Assembly (NCBI GenBank): GCA_046309775.1
Contig: JBKCOM010000187.1
Location: forward strand, 22,841 to 86,840
DNA from: Flavobacteriales bacterium
Lineage (GTDB): Bacteria > Bacteroidota > Bacteroidia > Flavobacteriales_D > Sanyastnellaceae
Direction of reading: 5' to 3'
DNA: 64,000 nucleotides
Numbering within the stretch: the stretch's first letter is position 1; each line of letters starts with the position of its first letter. The position numbers and the translations under genes are program-made. Below the pieces are notes generated by a model. It did no database searches and had not been told where the DNA came from. It worked only from the letters and a program-made list of their open reading frames with translations. This document shows positions 1 through 11,112 of this stretch, piece after piece.

Positions 1-43
1 TTTAGGACATATAATTTTTTACTGAATATTTGAATTACTAATC

Positions 44-1177
44 ATGAGCAAACAATTCACTTTTGGAGAGGGAAAATTGGCTGGTTATATCTCCGTATTC
101 CTAGGTGCACTCGCGTTTTTGGCGGTTTTTTGTTTTAAATACCCCCGTATTTTGACCTCTCCCGAATTGCGAGAAATCTATACAGGCGAACAAATGCGAG
201 TATTGCTCACGGCGACGATTATCGCTTCTCTTTTCTTTGCTGTGCTGAGTTTTCTTTTGAGTAGTAAAAAGTCCTTTGCCCTTATTGGTATTATTTTATT
301 TGTATTGACCATCTTCATGGGAGGACTCAATGTGGAGCCCAGCGCGGTGGGGCCTAGCAAGTGGTATCTCGGCTTGGATTGGCTGTTGTTAGACTTATTA
401 TTGATGGCAATTATATTTATTCCAATTGAAATGGTTTGGCCTAAACGCCCCGATCAGCCTAGGTTTCACGAAGAATGGAGAACAGATTTAGTATATTTTA
501 CAATAAGTCACCTGTTTATACAATTCTTTAGTATTCTTATTACGACAACAGTTTCGAAAACATTTGGACGTTTTGATTTGGCAGTGATTCAAGATTGGGT
601 ACAAAACCTACCCCTCGCTGTGGAATTATTTTTAGCTTTTTTCGTAGCAGATTTGTTCCAATATTGGGCGCATCGTTTCTTTCATTCTTACGCCTATTTC
701 TGGAGATTTCACTCCATTCATCATTCCACTCACAATATGGACTGGCTAGCAGGAAGTCGAACGCATTTCATTGATATTTTTGTTACACGTTGCGCAGCAT
801 TTGCACCGTTGTATGTGTTGGGCGTTTCGCCTCTGGTCTTTAATATCTATATTCTTTTTATGGCCATCCACGCGGTTTTGATTCATGCCAACACCAGAAT
901 AAATTTTGGATTTTTAAAATACATTATTGCCACTCCTCAATATCATCATTGGCATCATTGCATTGAGCCAGAACATTACGGGAAGAATTTTGCTACCATA
1001 TTCCCATTTATTGATAGAATCTTCGGCACGTACTATTTACCGGGCAACGAATGGCCCAGCGGGACTGGCGTGAAAGAGGCAAGTTATCCTAAAGGCTATG
1101 TAAAGCAAATGGTACATCCATTTGCAAAAAGTCCTTTCGATACAGATTTAAATATGGAAGATCAATCAAGTCGTTGA
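44..1177 (+). CDS. Fatty acid hydroxylase / sterol desaturase superfamily integral membrane protein
   Basis: 377-aa ORF with several N-terminal hydrophobic helices, followed by the three histidine boxes typical of the di-iron family (HRFFH, HSIHH, HHWHH). Confidence 0.8.
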   Translation: MSKQFTFGEGKLAGYISVFLGALAFLAVFCFKYPRILTSPELREIYTGEQMRVLLTATIIASLFFAVLSFLLSSKKSFALIGIILFVLTIFMGGLNVEPSAVGPSKWYLGLDWLLLDLLLMAIIFIPIEMVWPKRPDQPRFHEEWRTDLVYFTISHLFIQFFSILITTTVSKTFGRFDLAVIQDWVQNLPLAVELFLAFFVADLFQYWAHRFFHSYAYFWRFHSIHHSTHNMDWLAGSRTHFIDIFVTRCAAFAPLYVLGVSPLVFNIYILFMAIHAVLIHANTRINFGFLKYIIATPQYHHWHHCIEPEHYGKNFATIFPFIDRIFGTYYLPGNEWPSGTGVKEASYPKGYVKQMVHPFAKSPFDTDLNMEDQSSR

Positions 1178-2842
1178 TGCTTTTACCACAAGATATTTCT
1201 TGAGCAGATTCTCTGACTTTTTATTTAAAATGATTTCTCGGATTCCATGCTTTCTGATAATCGTGAGATTAACGGGTACTGAAGCTTGCCTCATTAGACT
1301 CTGCACGTTTTTGTATGGAGCCTGACCGTTAATGGCCACAATCTCATCTCCTATCCAAAGGCCGCATTGATCGGCGGGGCTGTTTTCAAGTATGTAAGTC
1401 ACCGTTGGCTTGCCAGCGTTTTCATCCAAAGAGAATCCAAAGTGATGTTCACTGGCTTTGCTCGAAGCTTGTTCCATTAAGACATATCCAAAATGTTTTA
1501 AAGCTTCAATGATGTAGGGCAGATAGTCTTCGGTACCGTAAACAAGTTTTTCAAAAATGAAATCAGCACTTTGTCCAGCTACTTCTTCTATCAATTTTTT
1601 GTAGTCATTGGAAGTATAACCTAATTGTTTTTTTCCAAAACGTTCGTACATCAATCGCATTACATCATCCAGACTTTTTGCGTTGGCTGTTGATTTTTGT
1701 ATAAATGCATCTGTAATATATGCGACCAAGCAGCCTTCGTTGTAGATGGACACTTTGCGCCACGGGATTCCAGCGCTATATCCATCGAGCCACGTGTCAC
1801 GACTGCTTTCAGCTACGCTGATGTTGAAACGACCTTGATTGTCGAGGTGTTCTTGAATGGCTTCTTTTAATACTCCTTGCCATTCATTCTCGTCTAATAA
1901 TCCACAACGGTAGAGTAGAAGATCTCCGTAATAGGTAGTGACACCTTCGGCGACATAACCCAAATCCGAATAATTTTCTTTGGTAAAATCATACGGCATC
2001 ATTTCGATGGGGCGTATGTTTTTGATGTTCCAAGTATGAAATAATTCATGACAAGATATGGCGAGCAAATCAATATATCCAGCTCCTGATGCGAATTCTG
2101 TAGCTGGTCCCATCGCAATCACAGTAGAGTTGTGGTGCTCCACTCCGTGGCGCACGAAGTATGGAGGGAAGTGAAATAGAAAATGATATTCGCTACAAGG
2201 GATATCTCCAAACATCTGAAAATGCGCATCAGTGAAGGCCTTAAAATCACTGATGATTTTTTCTTCATTGAATTTAATTTTGCCTGAAATCCAAATGAAG
2301 AAAGGAATATTGTGTGAAGAGTATTCCAGACATTGCAAATGTGGAGATGCTAGAATTGGTGCGTCTGCTAATTCGTCAAAACCATTGGCCAACAGTACGA
2401 GTGGTGATTCTTTTTTTAAACCACAGGCCACTTTGTAAGTGTGGTCAAGATTCAAAGTGACGCGATACGGTTGTTCTTGTTTTTCTTTATCATAAAAAAA
2501 ACAATTGACAGGATTCATATAAAGAAGATCGTTGTCAATATAAGAACTGCCAGCATTCAGTTCGGCGCAATAGTATTCGTAGTTGATTGTGACTTGTGCG
2601 GCGCCATTGGCTGCTATTTCCCACAAGTCTTTCGTAATTTTTTTTACCGATAATTTTTCTTGTTTATCATTAAAAGCCTCTAATCCGCGAATATTCTTGG
2701 CAAAGTTTCCAAGCTCATATCTTCCAGGCCTCCAAGAAGGCAACTGGAGCTGAAGTGTGTCCTTGGCATTATTTGGAAATACAGCCTCAAACGTGATGAA
2801 TTTTCGATGAGGATTTTGATGATAAACTTTATATTCTACCAT
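1166..2842 (-). CDS. M61-type zinc metallopeptidase with C-terminal PDZ-like domain
   Basis: 558-aa ORF with an HELFHTW (HExxH) zinc motif and a C-terminal PDZ-like stretch (GLWIGDEIVAINGQ). It starts 2 nt after the stop of the upstream phosphatase gene on the same strand. Confidence 0.75.
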   Translation of the reverse strand: MVEYKVYHQNPHRKFITFEAVFPNNAKDTLQLQLPSWRPGRYELGNFAKNIRGLEAFNDKQEKLSVKKITKDLWEIAANGAAQVTINYEYYCAELNAGSSYIDNDLLYMNPVNCFFYDKEKQEQPYRVTLNLDHTYKVACGLKKESPLVLLANGFDELADAPILASPHLQCLEYSSHNIPFFIWISGKIKFNEEKIISDFKAFTDAHFQMFGDIPCSEYHFLFHFPPYFVRHGVEHHNSTVIAMGPATEFASGAGYIDLLAISCHELFHTWNIKNIRPIEMMPYDFTKENYSDLGYVAEGVTTYYGDLLLYRCGLLDENEWQGVLKEAIQEHLDNQGRFNISVAESSRDTWLDGYSAGIPWRKVSIYNEGCLVAYITDAFIQKSTANAKSLDDVMRLMYERFGKKQLGYTSNDYKKLIEEVAGQSADFIFEKLVYGTEDYLPYIIEALKHFGYVLMEQASSKASEHHFGFSLDENAGKPTVTYILENSPADQCGLWIGDEIVAINGQAPYKNVQSLMRQASVPVNLTIIRKHGIREIILNKKSENLLKKYLVVKASTT

Positions 2843-2844
2843 AC

Positions 2845-4527
2845 TTACTTCACTATTTTTTCAATGGGTTGTCCAATGGCTGCACTTGGGAGAGGGATTT
2901 TACAAATTGCTGCGACCGTGCTCGCGATGTCGCAAATGGTTTGAGGTTGATAGGTTTCTCCTTTTTTCACCCCAAAGCCATAAAATAATGCGGGCACATG
3001 CGTGTCGTATGTGAAAGGGCTGCCGTGTGTGGTGCCCTGCATACCATATTCGATGAATCCAGGATTGGTGATATATACCACATCGCCCGAGAGTCGCTGG
3101 TTATAGCCTAACTGAAGTCTTGATACGATGGGCGATTTCACATCGAGGCGGTCGAGGTCTGCGCCATTCATCGCCATCAAAACGTTATCCATTTCCGAAA
3201 CGATTTGTGCTACCTCCATTTGAATCGATTTCAGGTTTAAATTTTTCTCCCGAATGAGCGTTCGGTTTAGGAAAATATTCAAATTGGATTCATTGATAAC
3301 CCAAGTACCAGCGCCATATTTTTGCGTCAAGTAAGCATTAACTTTCTCTTCTACTAAATCACTTTTCCAATATCCAGCCGCTCCTTTTCTTTCTGCCATA
3401 TAGCTGGGAGTTGGCGCGCCTGCGTGATCGGCAGACAAGAAGATAAGGTAGTTTCCTTTTCCAACTGTTTCATCCAAGAATTTTATAAAATCTGCGATGT
3501 CGCGATCGAGGCGCAAGTAGCAATCTTGTGCTTCTTTGGAGTGGATTCCGAATTGATGTCCGATATAGTCTGTGCTAGAAAAGGACATGCACAGCATATC
3601 GGTATATTCATCTTTTCCAAAATTCTCTTTCACAATTACTTCTTTGCCAAAGTCAATGGTAAGGGAGTTGCCATAGGGTGTGCCTTTCAAAAGATCATAG
3701 CCTCCATTCATTGCCTTTAATTCCGCTAGATTATAAGGAAATACAGGTCGTGTCAATGTTTTGAAGGGAAGTTCGTAGGCATTGTTATCGTCAATACTTT
3801 CATCGTATTTGGAAATATCCAACAACAAGTCCCATTTGGAATTGAGGTATTGGTCTGCTACGCGCTTGGCGTTGTAGTCTTTCACCCATTGTGGAAGGTC
3901 GTTCATATACCATGTACTCGTGGCCCATACGCCTTCTTGTCCGCCCACAAACCAGTAAGCAGCGTCTGCAGTGCGACCTGCGGGAAGTATCGCTCCACGA
4001 TCTTTCATAGCAATTCCAATCACTTTTGATCGCTGATTGCTGAAAAGTTTGAGCTCATCGCCCAGCGTTGAACTGGTGAGGTAATGCGGAGACATTTTCC
4101 CAGCTGAAGACGCCGTTCCAACACCTTGAACCATTGAATCTGAAGCGCAATACACAACCTTGCCTGAAGACCTTTCAAACCAATCGTTGGCGATAATACC
4201 GTTGTAGGCGGGTGTGGTGCCGGTGAAGACTGCCGCATGACCTGGTCCTGTGACAGTTGGCATATAATTGTAATGAAGATTTCTTGCGAAAAATCCTTCG
4301 TTTACGAGTTTTTTGAATCCATCATTTGTGAAATCATCCCAGTATTTTTCGATATAATCATAGCGCATTTGGTCTACGGTAATACCGACGATAAGCTTAG
4401 GCCTGCGCGTGGAAGATGTCGTTTCCTCTTTTTCTTTTTGTTTGCTCTTTTGTGCCACCGAACAAGCGTTGGCCATGAGGAATAAAGCGAGTAATAGAAT
4501 GCTCTTGTGCAAGGATGTTGATCTCAT
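2845..4527 (-). CDS. Alkaline phosphatase / nucleotide pyrophosphatase superfamily lipoprotein (PafA-like)
   Basis: 560-aa ORF with a lipoprotein-type leader (LLALFLMANAC). Superfamily motifs are present: GITVDQMRYD (metal Asp), PTVTGPGH (Thr nucleophile region), SADHAG and GTTHGS. Confidence 0.8.
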   Translation of the reverse strand: MRSTSLHKSILLLALFLMANACSVAQKSKQKEKEETTSSTRRPKLIVGITVDQMRYDYIEKYWDDFTNDGFKKLVNEGFFARNLHYNYMPTVTGPGHAAVFTGTTPAYNGIIANDWFERSSGKVVYCASDSMVQGVGTASSAGKMSPHYLTSSTLGDELKLFSNQRSKVIGIAMKDRGAILPAGRTADAAYWFVGGQEGVWATSTWYMNDLPQWVKDYNAKRVADQYLNSKWDLLLDISKYDESIDDNNAYELPFKTLTRPVFPYNLAELKAMNGGYDLLKGTPYGNSLTIDFGKEVIVKENFGKDEYTDMLCMSFSSTDYIGHQFGIHSKEAQDCYLRLDRDIADFIKFLDETVGKGNYLIFLSADHAGAPTPSYMAERKGAAGYWKSDLVEEKVNAYLTQKYGAGTWVINESNLNIFLNRTLIREKNLNLKSIQMEVAQIVSEMDNVLMAMNGADLDRLDVKSPIVSRLQLGYNQRLSGDVVYITNPGFIEYGMQGTTHGSPFTYDTHVPALFYGFGVKKGETYQPQTICDIASTVAAICKIPLPSAAIGQPIEKIVK

Positions 4528-4545
4528 GCCACAAGTTTACGACGA

Positions 4546-5793
4546 TTATTCGTAACGGAGGGCTTCTATTGGGTCAAGATTTGCCGCCTTGCTGGCAGGA
4601 TAATATCCAGAGGCGATGCTGACGAAGAAACAGATGGTTGCGCCGAGGAATAGCCAAAGCCAAGGAATGGTGAAACTAGTGCCAATTACAAGGGATACCA
4701 CATTTCCGACCAATATTCCTAGAATGATTCCAATGATTCCACCAATTTGCCCAATTACGATTGCTTCAATTAAGAATTGCCTGCGGATGAGCTTCGAACT
4801 CGCGCCAATCGACTTTCTGACGCCAATCTCTCTGGTACGCTCTGTAACCGAAACGAGCATTATATTCATCAAGCCTATACCTGCGCCAAGAAGTGTTATT
4901 AATCCGATACATATTCCGCCGAAGGTTATTCCCGAAATAAGTCCAAGTAATTCTTCGACAAGTGAATTGCTCATTCTTATTTCGAAAGACTCCATTTCGG
5001 TAGGTTTGTCGCGGCGAATGACACGCATGATACCAATTGCTGAGTTGACGGCCTCATCAAGTTTTTTTGCGTCGGCAGATCTCACATTGATGCTGTAGTC
5101 TGTCTCGTCGGTAGCAAATTTTTTCTTAGCTGTTAAAAGAGGAATCATGCATTGATTATCTCCTGCAAACCCAAACGTATTTCCTTTTGACTTGAGCACC
5201 CCAACCACGAGATATCGCTCGGGACCAACACTCACGAAGCGACCTACAGGATCTGAAACATTTTCAAAAATGCTCTCCATTAAATCTGCACCTATGATGA
5301 TCACATTATATCCAAGGCTGAGTTCAGATTCGGAAAACATTCTTCCCTTATCCAATTCATATGAAGAAAGTTCAAAATAATTCTCATCACATCCGAGAAT
5401 CGTGACGTTGGGGTTGGTTTTTTTACTTTCGTATTTGATCGTGGCTGCGCCTTTTGCAAAGGCCGAAACGCTTACCAATCCTTTGTTTTCGAATTGTTCT
5501 TTGAATTTTTTGGCCTCTTCATACTTGATCACTGGATTGGCGTCGTAAGATTGGCCGTGCCTGCCGCCACGCATGTTGCCTCCTGATCTAACAGTGAAAG
5601 TATTACTCCCAAGTCGGCTGAACTCTGCATTAATTTTATTTTGAATGGCTTCGATGGCCGTAATCATTCCTACCAAAGCCATGATTCCGATGGCAATGAT
5701 GCTTACGGTAAGGACGGTACGAAGCATCTGACTTCGAATGGCCCGGAAGGCTATTTGAATATTTTCTCTTGTCTGAGCACTCACAAATCGCAT
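4546..5793 (-). CDS. ABC transporter permease, MacB/FtsX family
   Basis: 415-aa ORF with an N-terminal TM helix, a large extracytoplasmic domain and a C-terminal FtsX-like TM bundle with the [14 protein letters not shown] loop. No ATPase gene is adjacent. Confidence 0.85.
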   Translation of the reverse strand: MRFVSAQTRENIQIAFRAIRSQMLRTVLTVSIIAIGIMALVGMITAIEAIQNKINAEFSRLGSNTFTVRSGGNMRGGRHGQSYDANPVIKYEEAKKFKEQFENKGLVSVSAFAKGAATIKYESKKTNPNVTILGCDENYFELSSYELDKGRMFSESELSLGYNVIIIGADLMESIFENVSDPVGRFVSVGPERYLVVGVLKSKGNTFGFAGDNQCMIPLLTAKKKFATDETDYSINVRSADAKKLDEAVNSAIGIMRVIRRDKPTEMESFEIRMSNSLVEELLGLISGITFGGICIGLITLLGAGIGLMNIMLVSVTERTREIGVRKSIGASSKLIRRQFLIEAIVIGQIGGIIGIILGILVGNVVSLVIGTSFTIPWLWLFLGATICFFVSIASGYYPASKAANLDPIEALRYE

Positions 5794-5897
5794 AGGTCAA
5801 AGATGAATAGGAATTTCTATTCGATGAAAAATATTGTGATGAATGGCATCCTGATGTATTTTCGCGCGCAACAACAAGTATCGAACAAATTAAATCC

Positions 5898-8174
5898 ATG
5901 AGCAATAAAGTATTCGATCTGGATATGATCAAAACGGTTTATAGCCGTTTCCCTGAAAGAATTGAGGCTGCACGCAAAGCGGTAGGTCGTCCTCTAACAC
6001 TTTCTGAAAAAATTCTCTACGCCCACCTTTGGGATGGCAATGCCACTTCGGCTTACGAGCGAGGCAAGTCCTATGTGGACTTCGCTCCAGACCGCGTAGC
6101 GATGCAGGACGCGACTGCACAAATGGCCCTTTTGCAATTTATGCAAGCTGGTCGCAAGCGCGTTGCCGTGCCTTCTACAGTGCACTGCGACCACTTGATT
6201 CAAGCCAAAGTGGGCTCTAATCAAGACTTGCAAGAAGCTTTGAACAAAAACAACGAAGTATTCAACTTCCTTTCTTCTATTTCAAACAAATACGGTATTG
6301 GTTTCTGGAAGCCCGGTGCAGGTATCATTCACCAAGTAGTTTTGGAAAACTACGCATTTCCTGGTGGTATGATGATCGGTACCGACTCTCACACAGTTAA
6401 CGCTGGCGGTTTGGGTATGGTGGCTATCGGTGTAGGTGGAGCGGATGCGATGGACGTTATGGCCGGTATGGCTTGGGAATTAAAGTTCCCAAAACTCATC
6501 GGTATCAAACTTACAGGTAAGATGAATGGCTGGACATCAGCAAAGGATGTGATTCTCAAAGTCGCAGGTATTCTCACTGTTAAAGGTGGTACAGGTGCTA
6601 TTGTGGAATATTTTGGTGAAGGTGCAAAATCATTGAGCTGCACAGGTAAAGGAACCATTTGTAATATGGGTGCTGAAATCGGTGCCACCACTTCTACTTT
6701 CGGCTATGACGAAAGCATGGAGCGTTATCTCCGCAGCACAGGCCGCTCAGAAGTAGCAGACCTTGCTAATGGCATCAAAGCGCATCTTACCGGTGACGAC
6801 GAAGTATATGCAAACCCAGAGAAATATTTTGATCAGGTAATTGAAATCAATTTGACTGAATTGGAGCCACACCTCAATGGTCCATTCACTCCAGACTTGG
6901 CTACGCCAATCAGCAAAATGAAAGAAGAAGCTGCAAAGAACAATTGGCCAACAAAAGTAGAAGTTGGACTTATTGGTTCTTGCACCAACTCTTCTTACGA
7001 AGACATCGCTCGTGCAGCTTCTTTGGCTGAACAAGCAGTAGCAAAAGGTCTAACACCTAAAGCAGAGTTTAGCATCACACCTGGTTCAGAACTTGTTCGC
7101 TACACCATCGAGCGTGATGGTTTCATTGATACCTTCAATAAAATTGGCGCCACTGTTTACGCCAATGCATGTGGACCATGTATCGGTATGTGGGCGCGCG
7201 TGGGTGCTGAGAAGAAAGAGCGCAACACCATTGTTCACTCATTCAATAGAAATTTCCAAAGCCGTAATGACGGTAATCCAAATACGCTCGCTTTTGTAGC
7301 TTCACCAGAACTTACAACTGCTTTAGCGATTGCTGGTGATCTTACTTTTAATCCGCTTACAGATACCCTCATCAACGATAAGGGTGAGGCTGTAAAACTC
7401 GATGCTCCGAGCGGAGATGAGTTGCCATCAAAGGGTTTTGATGTAGAAGATGCAGGTTATCAAGCGCCAGCAGAAGATGGCAGTGGAGTACAGGTGAACG
7501 TAGCTGAGGATTCAGAGCGTTTGCAGTTGCTCGCTCCATTCTCGAACTGGGATGGAAACAACATTACGGGAGCTCGCGTTCTCATTAAAGCGAAAGGTAA
7601 GTGTACCACCGACCATATCTCAATGGCTGGTCCTTGGTTGAGATACCGCGGACACCTCGACAACATTGCCAACAACACGTTGATCGGTGCGACCAACTTC
7701 TTTAACGGCGAACAAAACAAAGTGAAGAATCACCTTACAGGTGAATATGGTGAAGTACCTGCGGTACAGCGCGCTTATAAAGCTGCCGGTGTTCCGACAA
7801 TTGTAGTAGGTGATACTAACTACGGTGAAGGATCATCACGCGAGCACGCAGCGATGCAGCCACGTCACTTGGGAGTAAGAGCAATTTTGGTAAAATCATT
7901 TGCTCGAATTCACGAAACAAACCTCAAGAAGCAAGGTATGTTGGCATTGACATTCGCGAATGATGCTGATTATGATAAAATTCAAGAGAATGATATCATC
8001 AACTTCACTGACCTTACTTCATTTGCACCAGAAAAGCAATTGCACCTAGAGCTTGTGCATGAAGACGGTTCGAAAGATGTAATCGCTCTGAATCATACCT
8101 ACAATGCTCAACAAATCGAGTGGTTTAAGGCTGGTGGTGCTTTGAATTTGATTCGTATGAGTTTAGAAAAATAA
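5898..8174 (+). CDS. acnA: Aconitate hydratase (mitochondrial-type, about 755 aa)
   Basis: 758-aa ORF with IGTDSHT, GSCTNSS and CGPCIG Fe-S ligand motifs and [10 protein letters not shown] in the swivel domain. A strong terminator follows. Confidence 0.95.
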   Translation: MSNKVFDLDMIKTVYSRFPERIEAARKAVGRPLTLSEKILYAHLWDGNATSAYERGKSYVDFAPDRVAMQDATAQMALLQFMQAGRKRVAVPSTVHCDHLIQAKVGSNQDLQEALNKNNEVFNFLSSISNKYGIGFWKPGAGIIHQVVLENYAFPGGMMIGTDSHTVNAGGLGMVAIGVGGADAMDVMAGMAWELKFPKLIGIKLTGKMNGWTSAKDVILKVAGILTVKGGTGAIVEYFGEGAKSLSCTGKGTICNMGAEIGATTSTFGYDESMERYLRSTGRSEVADLANGIKAHLTGDDEVYANPEKYFDQVIEINLTELEPHLNGPFTPDLATPISKMKEEAAKNNWPTKVEVGLIGSCTNSSYEDIARAASLAEQAVAKGLTPKAEFSITPGSELVRYTIERDGFIDTFNKIGATVYANACGPCIGMWARVGAEKKERNTIVHSFNRNFQSRNDGNPNTLAFVASPELTTALAIAGDLTFNPLTDTLINDKGEAVKLDAPSGDELPSKGFDVEDAGYQAPAEDGSGVQVNVAEDSERLQLLAPFSNWDGNNITGARVLIKAKGKCTTDHISMAGPWLRYRGHLDNIANNTLIGATNFFNGEQNKVKNHLTGEYGEVPAVQRAYKAAGVPTIVVGDTNYGEGSSREHAAMQPRHLGVRAILVKSFARIHETNLKKQGMLALTFANDADYDKIQENDIINFTDLTSFAPEKQLHLELVHEDGSKDVIALNHTYNAQQIEWFKAGGALNLIRMSLEK

Positions 8175-8197
8175 TTTGAATAACGATCATTTCAAAA

Positions 8198-8226
8198 AGG
8201 ACGGGCATTTGCTCGTCCTTTTTTTT
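8198..8226 (+). terminator. Rho-independent terminator after acnA
   Basis: AGGACGGGC / GCTCGTCCT stem (one G-U pair), ATTT loop and a T-run of at least 7. Confidence 0.85.
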
Positions 8227-8292
8227 GTTTTGATAAGTTTCTTTTGAGTGAATGATTTTTACAAATAAACTTGCAGCATTAACCTCAAAGCA

Positions 8293-8892
8293 ATGAAAAA
8301 AATATCTATTCTATTTCTAGGTCTAATAGTTTTAGGTCTAGCCGCATGTACCATTGAGAAACGCCATTTTATGAAAGGCTATCACGTGGAATGGAAGCAT
8401 GGTTCACCAGAAATTGGCGGTGAAGGGAAGACGACTCATCAAGAAAATACCGCAAATCTTGATGAGACTCAAGAGTTGAATGGGGTGGTGGATGCTCCTG
8501 AAAATTTAGTGGAAGTCGCCCCAGCAGTGCAGCAACCGGTATTGAAAGCGAATACTGAGAAAGCAGTTGTGCCAAATGAAACAAAGTCGAAGGTTGTTGT
8601 AAAAAAATCTTCGAATGTGCTGAAGGACGTTACTGCGATTGGAAGCTATTCTGCTTCAGGAGATGTACAGGTGGGGGAGAGCACGACAGTATCTGAGTCT
8701 AAAGCAAAGAAGGATTTTAATTATGATACAGTACTATTGGTAATTCTAGCCATATTACTTCCTCCATTAGCAATGTACCTATATGAGGGAGAAACGTGGA
8801 CAAGCCGTTGTACCTTGAATTTGATTTTGACGCTCCTATGCGGATTGCCAGGTGTAATTCATGCACTTGTGGTGATTTTAGGAGGAAAATAG
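8293..8892 (+). CDS. Membrane protein: lipoprotein-type leader, low-complexity linker and C-terminal Pmp3/YqaE-like proteolipid domain
   Basis: 199-aa ORF with the leader MKKISILFLGLIVLGLAAC. About 130 aa of polar E/K/V/S-rich sequence follows. The C-terminal about 55 aa form two hydrophobic helices resembling UPF0057/Pmp3 (LLPPLAMYL...LCGLPGVIHALVVIL). Confidence 0.6.
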   Translation: MKKISILFLGLIVLGLAACTIEKRHFMKGYHVEWKHGSPEIGGEGKTTHQENTANLDETQELNGVVDAPENLVEVAPAVQQPVLKANTEKAVVPNETKSKVVVKKSSNVLKDVTAIGSYSASGDVQVGESTTVSESKAKKDFNYDTVLLVILAILLPPLAMYLYEGETWTSRCTLNLILTLLCGLPGVIHALVVILGGK

Positions 8893-8906
8893 AGCACTGC
8901 GCAAGG

Positions 8907-8943
8907 GAAAAAAAGAGCTGGCATTGCGCCAGCTCTTTTTTTT
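8907..8943. terminator. Bidirectional rho-independent terminator between convergent genes
   Basis: A-run, AGAGCTGGC / GCCAGCTCT stem with a 5-nt loop, then a T-run. It lies between the + gene ending at 8892 and the - gene ending at 8965. Confidence 0.85.
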
Positions 8944-8964
8944 GTGATAAGAATAATCTCGGTA

Positions 8965-9492
8965 TTAATTGAGGTTGAGACAAACACCAACGCTTACCCA
9001 CGCGATGGAGTAACCGACCTCTGCAAAAGCAGTGAATTTTTCGGTGATATTATATCTTCCTCCAACATACCCTCCGAAAATCACGCCACCTCCAGCTTCT
9101 GGCTCGATTCCGAATAAACCACCATCATTTTCAAACTTTACCGAAGCGCGATTAAAACCAAGCATCGCACCTGCGTAGACATCATAATCTGATGTGTTCA
9201 AAAAGTGGTAGTTTCCTCTAGCGCCGATAATGAGATAAGAGTATTTCACTTCGCCGAAAAATGCTAAGTCGGCACTAGCAGAGGTGTAACCAATAAGGCC
9301 TCCAACACCGATTTTATCAGAGATACCATATTCATAAGAGGCATGCACTGGCGGAACTCCAGTCTTTAATCCACTGCCGGCATAGCCACTGCCGAATCCC
9401 ACACCGAGATGTAGTCTTTGACTTCCAGCTTCGAATTGTGCGGAAACTTGGATGCAGATCATCACTGCAATAATTGAAAATAGCTTTTTCAT
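8965..9492 (-). CDS. Small outer-membrane beta-barrel protein
   Basis: 175-aa ORF with a signal peptide (MKKLFSIIAVMICIQVSAQ). It has a Gly/aromatic-rich alternating pattern typical of 8-10-strand OMP barrels. Confidence 0.65.
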   Translation of the reverse strand: MKKLFSIIAVMICIQVSAQFEAGSQRLHLGVGFGSGYAGSGLKTGVPPVHASYEYGISDKIGVGGLIGYTSASADLAFFGEVKYSYLIIGARGNYHFLNTSDYDVYAGAMLGFNRASVKFENDGGLFGIEPEAGGGVIFGGYVGGRYNITEKFTAFAEVGYSIAWVSVGVCLNLN

Positions 9493-9682
9493 GAGGTTAA
9501 AATTATTAAATGTTTAGTGATGCAACATTAGAGCTCCTGATTCGGAGATTTCTACGTGAAATACCCTATTTTTAGATTTGATGCGGGTTTACTTTTGGGA
9601 ATCAATAATTATCCAATGTGATTTGTGCTTAACAAGGGTTGAAATGTGCATTGGTATTCAATATTCCTATTAACTTCGCATC

Positions 9683-11107
9683 ATGAGTTCAAAGCAAAGG
9701 ACCCTGAAGTCCCCCGTCCATTTAAAGGGAGTCGGATTACACACCGGAGCTCCCGTAAACCTGAGCATTTTGCCAGCTCCAGAGAATCATGGCTACAAAT
9801 TCCAACGAATGGATTTGCCAGAGCAGCCAATCATCAAAGCTGATCCTGACTTAGTGGTAAGCACTCAAAGAGGCACTACCCTAGAGCAAAATGGAGCAAG
9901 GGTATACACTACAGAGCATGTCTTAGCCGCAATCTATGGATGTAAAGTTGACAATGCACTGGTACAAATTGACGGTCCGGAGATTCCAATCATGGATGGA
10001 AGTGCTTGGCCATTTGTTCAAGCTATCGAGGCAGTGGGCTATGAGGAGCAAGAAGCAGAACGCCAATATTTAACTTTGACGGAAAACCTCACCTATGAAA
10101 ATGAGGAAAAGGGAGTAGAAATGTTGGCTGTACCTACGGCTGGAGGAGAATTTAGACTTACTGTAATGGTAGATTATAACTCGCCAATACTTGGTACGCA
10201 GCATGCGCACATGTACCAACTCAATCACTTTGTTGATGAAATAAGTCGTTGCAGAACCTTTGTTTTTCTCAGAGAACTTGAATTATTGGCCAAGAACGGC
10301 CTTATCAAGGGAGGAAGTCTGGATAATGCGATTGTGATGGTGGATCAACCATATAGTGAGGAGCAGATAAAAGACATTCTCAAATTGCTCGGGAAAGAAG
10401 ATTTGGAGGTGAAGATTGAAGGTATTGGTGTTTTGAATACTGTAAAGCTCCAATATGAAAATGAGCCAGCACGCCACAAACTCTTGGATATCGTGGGTGA
10501 CTTGGCCTTGGTAGGTCGATTTATCAGAGGGCATATTCTTGCTGCAAGGCCGGGTCATTTTGGAAACACTGAGTTTGCAAAAATTCTCAAAGGCCTTATA
10601 AAGCAGCAACAAAATGCGGCCCCAGTTTTTGATTTGTATAAAAAACCACTTTACGATATCAATGACATCACCAAGATGTTGCCGCATCGCTATCCATTTT
10701 TATTGATAGACAAAATCATGGAAATGGATGAGACTTCGGTAATTGGAGTGAAAAACGTCACCATGAATGAGCCTTTTTTCCAAGGCCACTTCCCCGGAAA
10801 TCCAGTGATGCCCGGTGTATTGCAGGTGGAGGCGATGGCTCAAGTTGGAGGAATATTCGCTTTATCTCAAGTGAAAGATCCAGAAAACTACAGCACCTAT
10901 TTCATGAAAATTGATGGTGTTAAGTTTAAGCAAAAAGTACTACCTGGAGACACCATCGTATTTAGACTTTCATTAGAATCTCCTATTCGTAGAGGGTTGG
11001 TGAATATGAAAGGAATTGCCTACGTAAATGGCAAAGAAGTATGTGAAGCAATAATGTTGGCGCAGGTTGTAAGAGATCGCGTGCCTGCAGAAACCCCTGT
11101 TAACTGA
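9683..11107 (+). CDS. lpxC/fabZ: Bifunctional UDP-3-O-acyl-GlcNAc deacetylase / 3-hydroxyacyl-ACP dehydratase
   Basis: 474-aa fusion. The LpxC half carries GVGLHTG, TEHVLAA and MDGSA. The FabZ half carries LPHRYPFLLIDK and FFQGHFPGNPVMPGVL. This fusion is characteristic of Bacteroidota. Confidence 0.95.
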   Translation: MSSKQRTLKSPVHLKGVGLHTGAPVNLSILPAPENHGYKFQRMDLPEQPIIKADPDLVVSTQRGTTLEQNGARVYTTEHVLAAIYGCKVDNALVQIDGPEIPIMDGSAWPFVQAIEAVGYEEQEAERQYLTLTENLTYENEEKGVEMLAVPTAGGEFRLTVMVDYNSPILGTQHAHMYQLNHFVDEISRCRTFVFLRELELLAKNGLIKGGSLDNAIVMVDQPYSEEQIKDILKLLGKEDLEVKIEGIGVLNTVKLQYENEPARHKLLDIVGDLALVGRFIRGHILAARPGHFGNTEFAKILKGLIKQQQNAAPVFDLYKKPLYDINDITKMLPHRYPFLLIDKIMEMDETSVIGVKNVTMNEPFFQGHFPGNPVMPGVLQVEAMAQVGGIFALSQVKDPENYSTYFMKIDGVKFKQKVLPGDTIVFRLSLESPIRRGLVNMKGIAYVNGKEVCEAIMLAQVVRDRVPAETPVN

Positions 11108-11112
11108 AAAGC

